The translations under genes and the position numbers were made by a program. Below, piece after piece: positions 1 to 21,955 of a DNA stretch of 64,000 nt. How positions within the stretch are numbered: the stretch's first letter is position 1; each line of letters opens with the position of its first letter. A model generated the notes under the pieces. It was not told where the DNA came from. It did no database searches and saw only the letters and a program-made list of their open reading frames with translations. Source of the stretch: the human T2T-CHM13v2.0 reference genome, Homo sapiens; assembly GCF_009914755.1 (NCBI RefSeq), contig NC_060932.1. One strand, 5' to 3'.

Positions 1-83
1 ACAGGCATCCCTAGGTTGCTGCAGTGGCCACCGCACCAACACAACAGTCCGGGACCCCTCCCGCCACCCCATCCAGGCCTTAC

Positions 84-671
84 CTGGCCTTGGGTCTGCA
101 GTGCTTCGAAGCCCTCACTCCGGAGCTGCTCCAGGGCCACGGCCAGCTGCAGCCCCTCCACGTGTACCCAGGCCTGCTCCTCCTGTAGCTGCTGCAGCCA
201 CAGCTGCTCCTCCTGTAGCTGCTGCAGCCATAGCTGCTCCTCCCGCCACAGCTGCATCTGCAGCTGGACCTGCCGCCACCGGTCCTCCAGCAGCAGCTGC
301 TCCTGGGCCAGGCACAGCTGGACCTCATGGAGCCTCAGCAGTTCGGGGCCCAGGGCCGGCATGGGGTCCCCTGCTCCACAGCCTTCCATGTGCCCAGCAA
401 GGACCAGCACCAGCTCAGACCCCGGAGCAGTGGCCGGCACCGGTCTCGAGGCTGCCTGTGGCTGCTCTGGCCTGGCCACCCTGGGGTGTCCCTGAGGTGC
501 TGGCTCGATGCTGGTCACGTGCCCTGTAGGGGCCACCCCCGCTTCACCCTGAGGGCCCCCTGGGGTGGGGGGCGGGGGCTCGACCTCAGGGCCCTGCTGC
601 CCAGCTGCCGGCTGGGCCCTGCCTGCCCTCCTGGCCCGGGGTTTGCGAACTCGACTTCGTTTCCCAGACAT
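84..671 (-). CDS. FAM83H: 196-codon first coding exon (basic N-terminus, Pro-rich linker, Q/E/L-rich coiled coil); probably alternative long N-terminal exon of FAM83H
   Basis: Hand translation from GCC-ATG at 671: MSGKRSRVRKPRARR...PELLRLHEVQLCLAQEQLLLEDRWRQ...ALQTQGQ, no stop, ending at a phase-0 donor CAG|GTAAGG (84/83). Missing from the ORF track because the frame runs off the window. Assignment to FAM83H rests on recalled gene order (FAM83H lies just left, - strand). Confidence 0.7.
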
Positions 672-921
672 GGCCCTGGATCCAGCGCCTCCTTCACCAG
701 GTGTCTGCTCCCCAGGGGCCCTGGCTCATGGACCAGCCGGCCTCAGGCCAGCTCAGAGGGCGTCCCTGGAGGCTACAGTGGCCGTGTGCTCCCACGCCAG
801 GCTTGGCCCCCTGTTCCAGGTCCTGCCCCTTGCTGGAGCCCGCAGCACCGCAGCTCGGGACTCTGGCTCTGCCTATGGGCCTCACTGACCCCACTCGGTG
901 GGGCCAGGCCACGCCAGGGAG

Positions 922-927
922 TTTATA
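922..927 (-). promoter_or_regulatory. candidate TATA box (CCCTATAAAC on - strand)
   Basis: TATAAA in otherwise GC-rich DNA about 250 bp upstream of the ATG at 671; motif only. Confidence 0.35.
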
Positions 928-1172
928 GGGACTCCACGGCGCGGTGGCTCGCCTGGGCTGAGAGGCTGACTAACGCGCTGACACGGCGGCACGGGGCTTT
1001 ACAGGCCACGGGCCCTGCCGGCGAGACTGGGAGGGAGGCTGAGAAGCTGGAGGAGGCAGCGCAGCAGCCAGAGTGCCTGCTGTGCGCAGCAACGGGCGTG
1101 CCTGGTCCTGCCCTGGGCGGCACCAATGCCCCCCGCCCCCGCCCCATCCCGGCTCCCCCGGTCCCACAGCTG

Positions 1173-1239
1173 GTCGAGGGAAACTCAAACTGCAGGCCAC
1201 AGGGCCAGGAGCTGCATCCTGGTCGCACTGACCCTCAGG
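1173..1239 (+). repeat. 67-bp dispersed direct repeat, copy 1
   Basis: GTCGAGGGAAACTCAAACTGCAGGCCAC...ACCCTCAGG matches 3743..3809 at 64/67 positions. Confidence 0.9.
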
Positions 1240-2141
1240 GCCCAGACCCTCCCTGGCCACAGACAACCTGAGCCCAGCTGGCCATGGGAACCCGCAGCCC
1301 ATGCACTCTGGAGGGCTCCAGGGCAGCTAGCACGCCCACAGGAGCCCCGCTGGGGTTTGGTGGAGACAAAGGACCCAGGGACCCGGTGGGAGCTAGGGCA
1401 GGGTTCGGGCCACTGCACTGCGGCTGGCTGGAGAGACTGGGCCCTCAAAGCCCTGCGTGGCACTTTGTGAACTGATGTGGGGCCCCGAGGAAAGTCCTGG
1501 CGGTCATGGAGGTGGGGCGGGGGCTCTTGGTGCCATCCTGGCTGGGGGCTGGCTGTCCTGCACTGCACTGCAACAAGGGCCTGACTGGATCAGAGCTGCC
1601 TTTGGGTCTCCGGGCTGGAGGTGGGGGTGCAGGGCTAGCCCCAAATGCCGGCGTCCTCTGGGCTTCTTGTTGGGAGGGTGGGCTCCAGGTGGCCTCCTCC
1701 CTAGTGTTTCCCCAGCCCGGGGCTGCTGACTCACGCCCACGCCCAGGGCCCCATCCCAGCCGGCTCAGCCACACTGGCCGGACTGGTTTGCCTGGCGCAA
1801 CCCTGCCTGAAGCAGTGCTCCTGCTCCTGTTCAGTCCTAGTCCCAGAAGCTCAGGAGCAGAGGGACAGCCACCTGCCAGGGGAGTGCCGAATTGGACACA
1901 CAGAGACCGGAAAGGGCCTGGGGGAGGGACGTGGCACAAGGTGGGGGACAGTGTCAGGGGTGGGGCAGGGCCAGCAGGCGGCACTGCCAGCCCACAGGGT
2001 CCTTCTAGCAGAGGCACCACCTGCCCATCCTTGGGCCCACAAGAGCCCAGGTGCCTTCCTGCGGGCTGGCTCTCGCCTGTGCCTCCCTGAGGCCCCCTGT
2101 GCAGTGGAGTATGTGCTGCTGGAGGAGCCCGTGCTCCTTAA

Positions 2142-3320
<1,179 letters not shown>

Positions 3321-3742
3321 CGCGGAAGGCCCCGTGGTATGTCAGTGGTGGAGCGTGTCCAGTAGCTGGGGATTTGGCCTTGGCAAGAGGCAGCTATGAG
3401 AGGAAGCACGGAACACAAGCAAGGCCAGACTCTAGGGAACTCTGGGGAGGATGTCCCTTCTGTCACTGAAGGCCAGCACCGAGGCTCTGCCCGGGACCGT
3501 CTCCAATCATTCCTGTGTCTGGGTGTCACTTTTTCCAGGTGCAGGCTCCTGGTGGGAAACCAAGAGGCCGCTCTTCTGCTCTCAGTGTCAGGGAAAGGCA
3601 GGGACGCCCCCATTTTGCTTTCTGTAGTTTGAGGTGGACTCCTAGCCTTCCTCCAGGACAGCCCCGCCTCACTGGCTAGGCGTCTTGGGGCCTCAGCCGC
3701 TCTGCGGGGTGTGGGGCAGACAGGACCAGGGAGCTCCATCTT

Positions 3743-3809
3743 GTCGAGGGAAACTCAAACTGCAGGCCACAGAGCCAGGAGCTGCATCCTGGCCACACTG
3801 ACCCTCAGG
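3743..3809 (+). repeat. 67-bp dispersed direct repeat, copy 2
   Basis: 64/67 identical to 1173..1239. Confidence 0.9.
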
Positions 3810-6277
3810 CCTTCCCATCAGGAGCCTGTACCTGGAGAAGGTGACACCAAGACACAGGGAGCCCCATGACCCCTGCCATGGTGCCTCTTTTTGCTACAAA
3901 GTGGGTTTCCAGCTCAGAAGCAGGGCTGCCGGGGGTGCTAGGACCGCACAGGTGGGGTTGGCAGGGGGGATTCTACACATGTGCCTGGGAGTCTATTTCA
4001 GGCAGAACAGACTGTGTCCCTTGAGAGCAGCAGGTGTGAAGTGAAACTGCCCTGCCTCCAGACGGCGGGCTCAGGGCGAGGCACTTAGCGTGGAGGGCGT
4101 GCTAGGCTCCAGCCCACAGCGGTGGCCACCCAGCTGACATGCCTTCGGAGGAGTCCATGCCGCTGACTCAGCGCTTTTTGTGCCGCAGGGACACCTGGTC
4201 GCCATCACATGGACACGCTATTTTTGCACTCGAGGCTATTCCAGGAAGTCCATCCAGACAGAGCACGCCTTCCCCAGCCTCCTCTTATTGGCCTGCAGCC
4301 CTGCTCTCCCCACGTCTGGTGATCTGTAAAGAGGGCTTGTTCTGCGTGGGTGGGACCTGCTCTAGATCCATCTTGGAAAATGAGCTCATGCCGTTGGTGT
4401 AACCACCATTCCTGCCCCCATGCCACTCTGCCCCGGGGCCTGCTGGCTGACGTCCATGGTGCAGTCGTGATGTCCACGAGCCTGTCTGTGCCCTCGCTGC
4501 GGCCGACTCTCTCTAGGAGCGTCCCCACAGGATGCAGAACCTCCCTTTGAGCTCGGTGTTCCCTGCTCCTCACAGAGCCACCCCCAAGCCTTTCCCAGCT
4601 GTCCGCATCACCACTGTCCCGGGCTCGTTCACTTCAGGCCCTGGAGAGCCAGCCCAGCCCTCACTGGTGTCCGGAGTCAGTGATACACAGCGCTCAAGTG
4701 ACTCTTCCCACCCACAGGAAGTGGGTGATGAGGTGCCCCCCGGGGGCTTCCCTTGCTGCTGCCCGCCAGGATCTCCCTGCTTGGGACTACAGCATGCGGG
4801 GGAGGTCAGGCTGGAGTTGGTGTGGGAGCCTTTCCCAGCCTTTCCTCTGCATTGGTGCCCTCCCCAGGAGGCATCTGAGCTGCAAAAGGGGCGAATGCGA
4901 TGTAGACACTTGGGCCCCGGGACTCGCCTGTGTCATCTGGGCTGGGCCCCACAAACACCACAAACACCTTTTCCACCACGCAATAGATGGCTGCTGGGCT
5001 GCCCAGGGGTGTGATGTGGAGCTGGGAAACCCAGCCTGGGAAGGCAGCATTCCAGGAGCTGCTTTCCAAAAGAAGAATAGCCTCCACCAGGAAGGTGTGG
5101 CTGAGCCCCAGAGCCCCAGAAACCTGCGGGAAGCTCCAAAGGGGGGCCTGCCAGAGGATACACACCCACCCTACCTCCTGCACACGGGATCCTCCAACCA
5201 GACAGTGTGGCCCAAGCAGCCTGGCTACTTTCACCTTAGCCAGCAGCCCTGGGCCACACTGGGGATGGTCCCAAACATGGCCTGTGCTGCTGTCACGGTG
5301 CGAAGGGGCCTGGCAAGCACGGGGTCTTTCTTGCTGGACGGAGGCACAGGTGCCAGAATCTATCTTTTGCCCTACAGTGTCCCGGCACAGCCTAGATCTA
5401 TGGACCCCTTCACCGGGTGCTTTATCCCCCACCCCCCAGAACTCCTGGGACCATTGAGATGCCCAGGAGATGGGGGGGCCCTGTGCCTGTGTCCCGTTGC
5501 TGCTATAGCAGCCACCACATCTACCAGCTCTGCAGGGTAGCCACCGGGCACGGCCTTGCCAGGCTGACGTCGAGGAAAGCCAGCCGTGCTGTGGGTTTCC
5601 TTCCCTCTGGCTCTCCACTTCTGCCTCCCTCTTCCACTGTTTTTGGTTTGGGTTTTTGTTTTGTTCCGTTTTGTTTTTTTTTGAGACAGGGTCAGCTGTC
5701 TTGCCCAGGCTGGAGTTCAGGGGCTATTCCCAGGTGTAACCCTAGCTCACTGCAACCTCCAACTGCTGGGCTTAAGTGATCCTCCTGCCTCAGCCTGAGT
5801 AGCTGGGACTACAGGTGTGTGCTCCCACGTCTGGCAAGCCTCTTTCAGTATAACTGTATGGGTTTTTCTCCATCTTTTTTTCGTCTTTACAATTTTTGTT
5901 CTCAAGGACTTGGGCTGTTTGACTTGAGTCTTCCAGTCTGGATTTTGCTGATAAGATGGAACACCTCGAGAGTGCATCTTTGTTAACATTTAGACATGCG
6001 TCCCCTCCTCGCTTGCTCAGTGGAATTACGATTGCACTTGGAAATGTATCGTGTTGGGTGTGTTCCTTAAGCTGAACTTCCGTAGATCTGGCAGGACATT
6101 TAACACCAGAACACGAAGCCTGCTTCAGAAGTGACTGAAACGGCATCTGCCTCACAGTGCATATTTAAAAAATGATTTTGTTGTGTGAATAATTATGCTG
6201 CCATCTACAGATAAGTGAGATCAGAAACATTAGTTTCATATATTGTAGTTTTTAGTTTCTGAATACTTATTGGATTC

Positions 6278-6567
6278 TTTTTCTTTTTTTTTTGAGATGG
6301 AGTTTCGCTCTGTTGCCAGGCTGGAGTGCACTGGGGCTTGGCTCACTGCTACCTCCGCCTCCCAGGTTCAGGCAATTCTCCTGCCTCAGCCTCCTGAGTA
6401 GCTGGGACTACAGGCACCCACCACCACACCCAGCTAGTTTTTGTGTTTTTAGTAGAGACAGGGTTTCACCATGTTGGCCAGGATGGTCTCGATCTCTTGA
6501 CCTTGTGATCCGCCCGTCTCAGCCTCCCAAAGTGCTGGGATTACAGGCGTGAGCCACCAGGCCTGGC
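6278..6567 (-). mobile_element. Alu (AluS-type)
   Basis: polyT followed by reverse-complement Alu dimer. Confidence 0.9.
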
Positions 6568-6579
6568 TCCTTTTCCACT

Positions 6580-6770
6580 TTCATGGACCCTCGTGATTGC
6601 ATTGGATCTCCCCGGGTAATCTGGGATGTTCTTCCTGGCCTAAGGTCAGCTGATTAGCAACCTTAGTTCATCTGCAGTCTCCATTCTCTTTTTGCTGAAT
6701 CACGTCAAGTATTCACAAGTTCCAGGGGGCAGGAGGTGGACATCTTTGGGGGACATTATTCCGCCCACCA
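6580..6770 (-). mobile_element. MLT1-type MaLR LTR fragment
   Basis: Resembles MLT1 motifs (aggtcagctgattagcaacctt...gtggacatctttggggg); subfamily uncertain. Confidence 0.55.
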
Positions 6771-7722
6771 GAAAACCCAGGAGCAGCCACAGCCCCAAGA
6801 CGAGGCAGGGAAGGAGTGCTGCTGTCTGCCGGTGAAGATGAACTGCTTCTGACCCTCCCGAGCGAGGATATTGAGAAGAAAGAATTTGCCAAGATGCTAG
6901 TCACACACCAAGTACAGAGGCTATGTTGGTCGGCTGCGGCAAAAAGACCACTCGCGGCGTGGCAGCTCTCACTGGCCCTGCTGCCTCTTCAAGTTGACTG
7001 CAGTCCATCACCCACGGTCATTATTAATTTGTTTTTGCAAAGGCCAGGCAGGTGAATCTAATGGAGATGGAAACCACCACACCTGCTTCCCTGGTCTCTG
7101 ATGTTGGTGTTAACCTCTGCAATTCCTCAAGCAAAGCACTCCTTCTATCAGGCTCACTGTCTTGCTGGAGGGAGGAAGTTCCACAGGCTCTCACTTGGTT
7201 CTTTCTGCCGTAACAACCCTTACTCCTCCGGCCAAGGAGCCAATGTGAGCATTCAGCTGGCAGCTAAGAATGTGTATCCCAATAAACAGGGCAGACCTAC
7301 AGACCCACTGGACCCACTAGAGATGGACTTGGGCCACAGTGCCTTCCATGACTTCAGTAAACAGAGGGGTGTGGTGATCTTGTCAAAGTCCTGGCGTCAA
7401 TGTCAGTGTCCGGCTACACACCATGTTCCCGTCCTCGAAAAGCCTCTCTGTACCCCTCTATGTTGGTGACACAACCCTGGCAAATGGCCACAGACTCCTT
7501 TGGGGACAGAGTAGGAGCGTAACTGGTGGGAGTGGTTGGCATGCTTTGTATTGGGAGAGCCGCACGCCCTAGGGCTTCCAGCCTCCTCTTCAGTTTGGCA
7601 GCTGTGAGTCTGAATTTCACTCAAATCTGGAAACTGGGTGAGAGACTGTGGCAGCTGCTGTCCGGCTGGCAGAGCCTGACGTGTCTCTGATCATACTCAC
7701 TGGGTCAGCAACACCCTACTGA

Positions 7723-8485
<763 letters not shown>

Positions 8486-8756
8486 CTTGGTGGAATCTTT
8501 AGGGTTTTCTATTCATACATATAAAATCATATCATTGGCAAACAGAGATAATTTTACTTCCTCCTTTCCAATTTGGATGCCTTAGATTTCTTTTCCTTGC
8601 CTAACTGCTCTGTCTAGAACTCCCAGCACTATGCTGAATAGAGTGGCAAGAGCAGGCATTTGCCTTGTTCCTAACCTTAGAGAAAAATCCTTCAGCCTTT
8701 TACCATTGAGGATGATGTTTGCTGTTAGTTTTTCATAAATGATCTATATCAGGCTG

Positions 8757-8762
8757 AATAAA
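8757..8762 (+). terminator. intronic poly(A) signal, likely 3' end of the short non-coding FAM83H-AS1-type isoform
   Basis: AATAAA followed by a GT/T-rich downstream element (~8776-8812); link to the lncRNA isoform is recalled, not shown by the sequence. Confidence 0.5.
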
Positions 8763-8775
8763 TTTCTATTTCTAG

Positions 8776-8991
<216 letters not shown>

Positions 8992-9197
8992 TAATTTTTT
9001 GTAGAGATGGGTTCTCACTATGTTGTCCAGACTGCTCTTGAACTCCTAGGCTCAGGTGATCCTCCCACCTTGGTTTCCCAAAGTGTTGAGATGACAGGTG
9101 TGAGCCACCATGCCCAGGCTTTGTTTGGAGATGTTTGATTACTGATTTAATCTCCTTGCTAGTTATATGTCTATTCAGATTTCCTATTTCTTCATGA

Positions 9198-9521
<324 letters not shown>

Positions 9522-10329
9522 TAGCCAGGATGGTCTCGATCTCCTGACCTCGTGATCCACCCGCCTTGGCCTCCCAAAGTGTTGGGATTACAGGAGTGAG
9601 CCACCGCGCCCGGCCTATATTTTTTATTTCTATAGAATCAGTAGTAATGTTCCCACTTTTATTTCTGGTCTTGTAAATTTTAACCTTCTCTCTTTTTTCG
9701 TTAGTCCATCTAGCTAAAAGTTTGTCAATTTTGTTGATCCTTCCAAAGAACCAACTTTTAGTTTCATTTGTGTTCTCCATGTTTTTATATTCTCTATTTT
9801 GTCTATCTCTAATCTTTATTATTTCCTTCCTTCTGCTAGCTTTGGCTTTAGTTTGGTCTTCTTTGTGTATTTCCTTAAGTTATAAAGTTAGGTAGGTTAT
9901 TGATTTGAAATCTTATGTATTAGTTTCAGCGTTTATGGCTGTAAGTTTCCCCCTTAGCACTGCTTTTGCTGCATCTCCTAAGGTTGGTATGTTGTGTCTT
10001 TGCTTCCATTTGTTCCTAAGTATTTCCTAATTTTCTTTGTGATTTCTTTTTTGATCCATTGACTGTTGAAGGGTGTTTTTTTTTAAAAAAGAGTATATTG
10101 TTTAATTCCACCATTTTGTGAATTTTCCACTTTTACTTCTGTTATTGATTTCTAACCTCATCCCACTGTGGTCAGAGAAGAAACTTTGCGCAGCGTGATT
10201 TTAAAAAATCTATTGAGAGTTAATTTGTGGCCTAACATATGGTCTACCCTTGAAAATATCCCATGTACACTTGAGAAGAATGTATATGCTATTATTGGCT
10301 AGAGTGTTCTGTATGTCTGTTAGATCTAG

Positions 10330-12055
<1,726 letters not shown>

Positions 12056-12494
12056 TTTTTTATTTATTTATTTTTTTTTTTTTTGAGACGGAATCTCACT
12101 CTGTTGCCCAGGCTGGAGTGCAGTGGCATGATCTCGGCTCACTGCAATCTCCACCTCCTGGTACCTGGGATTATAGGTGCCTGCCACCATGCCTGGCTAA
12201 TTTTTGTGTTTTTTGTGGAGATGGTGTTTCGCCCTGTTGGCCGGGGTGGTCTCAAACTCCTGACCTCAGGTGATCTGCCCACCTGAGCCTCTCAAAATGC
12301 TGGGATTACAGATGTAAGCTACCATGCTTGGCCTGCTTCATATATTTTGATGATCAGACATTAGGTACATACATATTTATAGTTATTATATATTCTTGCT
12401 ATATTGAACTTTTTTTGATATATAATGTCCTTCTTTGTCTCTTGTGAACTTTTTTTTAAATTTTATTTTTATTTTTATTTTTTATTTTTTTTGA

Positions 12495-12647
<153 letters not shown>

Positions 12648-13043
12648 TAGTAGAGACGAGGTTTCTCCATGTTGGTCAGGGTGGTCTCGAACCCCCGACC
12701 TCAGGTGATCCGCCCGCCTCAGCCTCCCAAAGTGCTGAGATTACAGGTGTGAGTCACCGTCCCTGACCTCCCTTGTGAACTTTTTTGATTTAAAAATGTA
12801 TTTTGTCTGATACTAGTACAGTCATTCCTCCTCTTTTGGTTTCTATTTGCATGGAATATCTTTTTCTATGTTTTCATTTTCAATGTTTGTGTTTTTCAAT
12901 CTAAAGTGAATCTTTTGTAGACAGCATATACTTGGATCAGGGGTTTTTATTCATCCTGCCAATCTCTGTCTTTTGATTGGAGAGTTTAATCCATTTACAT
13001 TTAAAGTAATTAGTGATAAGGAGAGACTGGGCACAGTGGTTCA

Positions 13044-13283
<240 letters not shown>

Positions 13284-13411
13284 CTAAAAAACAAAAAATA
13301 AAATAAAATTAATAATTACTGACAAGAAAGGACCTACGTCTGTCATTTTGCTATGTGTTTTATATATGCCATATAACTTTTTTTGTCCCTCATTTCCTGA
13401 ATTACTGTCTT

Positions 13412-13442
<31 letters not shown>

Positions 13443-13782
13443 TTTTTTGTAGTGAAATGTTTCAATTTCTTCCTCAATTCCTTTGGTATATATTCTATAG
13501 GTTTTCTTTGTGGTTACTATGGGGTTTACATTTAACACCCTAAAGTTCTAACTCTCCAATTTGAATTTATACCAGCTTAACTTCAACGACATAAAAAACT
13601 CTGTTCCTTTACAGCTTTGTCTCCACTCCTTTCAGTTGCTGATGTCACAAAATTACATCTTTATACATTGTGTACTCCAAAACATAAATAATTCTTATAA
13701 ATGCACTGGTCTCTTAAATTATCTAGGAAAAAAGTGGAGTTACAAACCAAAATTATAGTAATAGTAGCTTTTAAATAATTTA

Positions 13783-14177
<395 letters not shown>

Positions 14178-14409
14178 CCTATACAAAACAGACATAGACT
14201 TAGAAGTTACCCACATGTTTATCTTTATTGAGATCTTTATTTCTTCTTAACAGCTTTGAGTTACCATCTAGTGTCCTTTCAACCTGCAGGACCTCCTTGA
14301 GCATTCCTTGCAGGGCAGGTCTAGTGGTAACAAACTCCTTCAGCTTTTGTTTATCTGGGAATGTCTTATTTTCTTCCTCACATGTGAAGGATAGTTTTGC
14401 TGGATATAG

Positions 14410-14766
<357 letters not shown>

Positions 14767-15043
14767 TAGTGCTTTAAATATATTGGCCCTCTGCCTTCTG
14801 GCCTCCAAGTTTCTGATGAAAAATCTGCTTGTCATTTTATTGAGGATCCCTTGTATGTGACAAGTTTCTTCCCTCTTGCTACTTTCAGGATTCTAACTTT
14901 GCATTTCAAAAGTTAGACTATAATGTGTCTCAGTGTGGGTCTCTTTGAGTTCATTTTACTTGGAGTTACTTGAGCTGCTTGGATGTTTATATGCATGTCT
15001 TTCATCAAATTTGGGAAGTTTTCAGCCATTATTTCTTCAAACA

Positions 15044-15389
15044 TAGTCATAAGCTGCATAATGACATTTTGGTCATCAATGAACTGCATATATGATGGTG
15101 GTCCTCAAAGATTATAATACTGTATTTTTACTGTACTTTTTATGTTTATATGTACTTAGATACACAAATACTTACCATTGTGTTATAATTGCCTAAGTAT
15201 TAAATACAGTAACATGCTGTACATATTTGTAGCCTTGGAGCAATAAGTTATATACCATATAGTTTAGGTATACAGTAGCTATACCATGTAGGCTTGTATA
15301 AGTACTCTCTACGATGTTCACACAATGTTGAAATCACATGAGGATGTATTTCTCAGAACATATTTTTGTTGTTAAGTGATGCATGACTG
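15044..15389 (-). mobile_element. Tigger3a/MER7-like non-autonomous DNA transposon
   Basis: Inverted termini (t)agtcat...gcatgactg followed by TA; internal sequence resembles Tigger3. Confidence 0.7.
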
Positions 15390-15943
15390 TATTCTCTCTG
15401 CCCCTTTCTCTTTCTTCTCTTTCTGAGGTACCTAAAATGTATATGTTGGCCCGTTTGATGGTGTCCCACAGGTCCCTTACTCTCTGTTCGTTTTTTTTTT
15501 TTTTTTTTTTTTTTTTGAGACAGGGTCTCACTCTGTCACCTGGGCTGGAGTGCAGTGGCACAGTCACATCTCACTGCAACCTTGACCTCCTGGGCTTAAG
15601 CAATCCTCCCTCCTCAGCCTCCTGAGTAGCTGGGACTATAGGTGTGTGCCACCATGCCTGGCTAATTTTTGTTTTTGTTTTTATTTCTTGTAGAGACAGG
15701 GTTTTGCTATGTTGCCCAGGCTGGTCTTCAACTCCTGGGGTCAAGTGGCCCACCTGCCTCAGCCTCCCAAGGTGCTGGGATTACAGGTGTGAGCCACCGC
15801 ACCTGGCCTTTTTGTTAATATTTCCATTTCATTCATACATTATTTTCTTGACTTCTTCCATGTCTTCCTTTAGTGCTTGAGTTCTTTAAGATAATTGTTT
15901 TAAAGTCTTTGTCTAGTAGCCATGCCATCAAGGTTATTTTTAG

Positions 15944-16186
<243 letters not shown>

Positions 16187-16764
16187 TGACCTGCCTGCCT
16201 CGGCCTCCCAAAATGTTGCGATTATAGGTGTGAGCCACCACGCCCAGCTTTTCAGAGATAGTTTCTGTTGATTTATTTTTGTTTTCCTTTGAATTGGCCA
16301 TACTTTCCTGTTTCTTTGTATGCCTTGTGAACTTCTGTTGAAAACTGGACATTTGAATCTAATAATGTGGTAACTCTGGAAATCAGACTCTCCTCCTTCC
16401 CCAGGGTTTGCTGGGTTTTGTTTGTTTTTTTTTCTTTTCTACTGTTGTAGGCTGTCTCTTTCCAAGGCTCAGCTGGGGTATAAACTTACGGTCTTCTTGG
16501 GACTCTTCTGAGCCTTTCTTTGGCATTTATGGTCACTTTCTAATTTCCAGTATATACAGTTGTTTTGAATGTCCTAGCCTTTCATGTTTGGCTCCTAAGA
16601 AGAGAAAAAGAGAAAAATCAAGAGGGAAAAAAAGGCACCAGCTCTTTAAAGCCCTGGAAGTCACTTCAGCCAGAGGGGGAGGGGCTTGCAGCAATGTGGG
16701 GAGGGGCCATGACAATGGCTGCTGCTGCTTTGTCTGCCCCTCAGGAGCCATTGCTGCTTAACAA

Positions 16765-17600
<836 letters not shown>

Positions 17601-17619
17601 CACCATAAATCAGTCACTG

Positions 17620-20839
<3,220 letters not shown>

Positions 20840-20846
20840 CTAGCTA

Positions 20847-20954
<108 letters not shown>

Positions 20955-21468
20955 TCAAAAAGAAAAAAAAAAGAAGATGAAACATTTTATCTGGGTGAAG
21001 GGATGATTTAACTCATGAAACTTGAGAACACGAGAACAACAAAAATACTTTCCTTGAACATTTTCAGCTAGAATGACACGGCATTCTCCTACATAAAACA
21101 TTATAATTTTCCCACTACTCCAAAGGAATCCAATAAATAATTTTACAGTGAAGGGGCCTGGATCAAAACTGGCAGTGACACCTGGCCCCTGACAAGCCTG
21201 AGTCACAGGTCCCTGTGCAGGTCCCAGCGTCCAGTCCTCCAAGAACCAGCACTGCCGGAGCCTCGCTGTGGTTTCTTCCTTCCCCGATGGGACCAGCTGG
21301 AATTTCCAAGCTGCTTCACAGAGGCCAAAGATGACAACACGAGAGGTGGTCAAAGCCAAGGTTTCCCTGCGCTGCCTTTGTCTTCTTCCCATGGCCTGGC
21401 CTGAGTGCTGCAGCTGGGCCCCAGGAGATGAGCTCCTCGCCCAAGCTGGAGAGCATCCGCTGCACCCG

Positions 21469-21955
21469 CCATGCCGGGAAGAGCTCGGGTGGGCTTTCTC
21501 CATAGCAATTCTTCGCAATGGGGTCCCAATCGGTGGGATGAGGCCCTGGGATGAGGTCCTGCATTTGGCCGGACATGACTCAATACTGATCTTCGACTGC
21601 CATGAAGAGGTTCTGGAACACCACGATGCTCCAGGAGAAGCTCCTGGCTGGGCTGCAGGCAGCAAGAGACATGGCCAGCAGCCGTCACAGCAGCACTGCT
21701 TCACACTAGGGCTGTGGACATTACAGCCCTGCACCAGCAAATCCCTCCTCTCGCAAACATAGCCTGGTTCATCCACGATGAGGAGCTTCCCTTGCACAGA
21801 GTTCTGGCACTGATTCCACGGGTGACTGCTACTGCCCAGGTTAACCTGCACTTTGCACGGGCTGGGCTGGTCGTGGTCTTGAACCTGGAGGAGAGTCCTA
21901 TGTCTGACTCCCGCTCTTCCTGCCTGAAGGTGCTGCTGAGGACATGGATGAGGAT
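21469..21955 (-). pseudogene. processed pseudogene of SPRING1 (C12orf49)
   Basis: Across three frames: LSSTFRQEER / VRHRTLLQVQDHDQPSPCKVQVNLGSSSHPWNQCQNSVQGKLLIVDEPGYVCERRDLLVQGCNV..CCCDGCWP / VSCCLQPSQELLLE / VFQNLFMAVED / AKCRTSSQ / DPIAKNCYGESPPELFPA, collinear with the SPRING1 protein as I recall it; intronless, frameshifted, stop replaced by TGG. Confidence 0.88.

Noticed and set aside
16-1271. Plus-strand ORFs 16..495, 101..529, 327..1271
   Set aside because: Antisense shadows of the minus-strand exon and GC-rich chance ORFs; low-complexity products.
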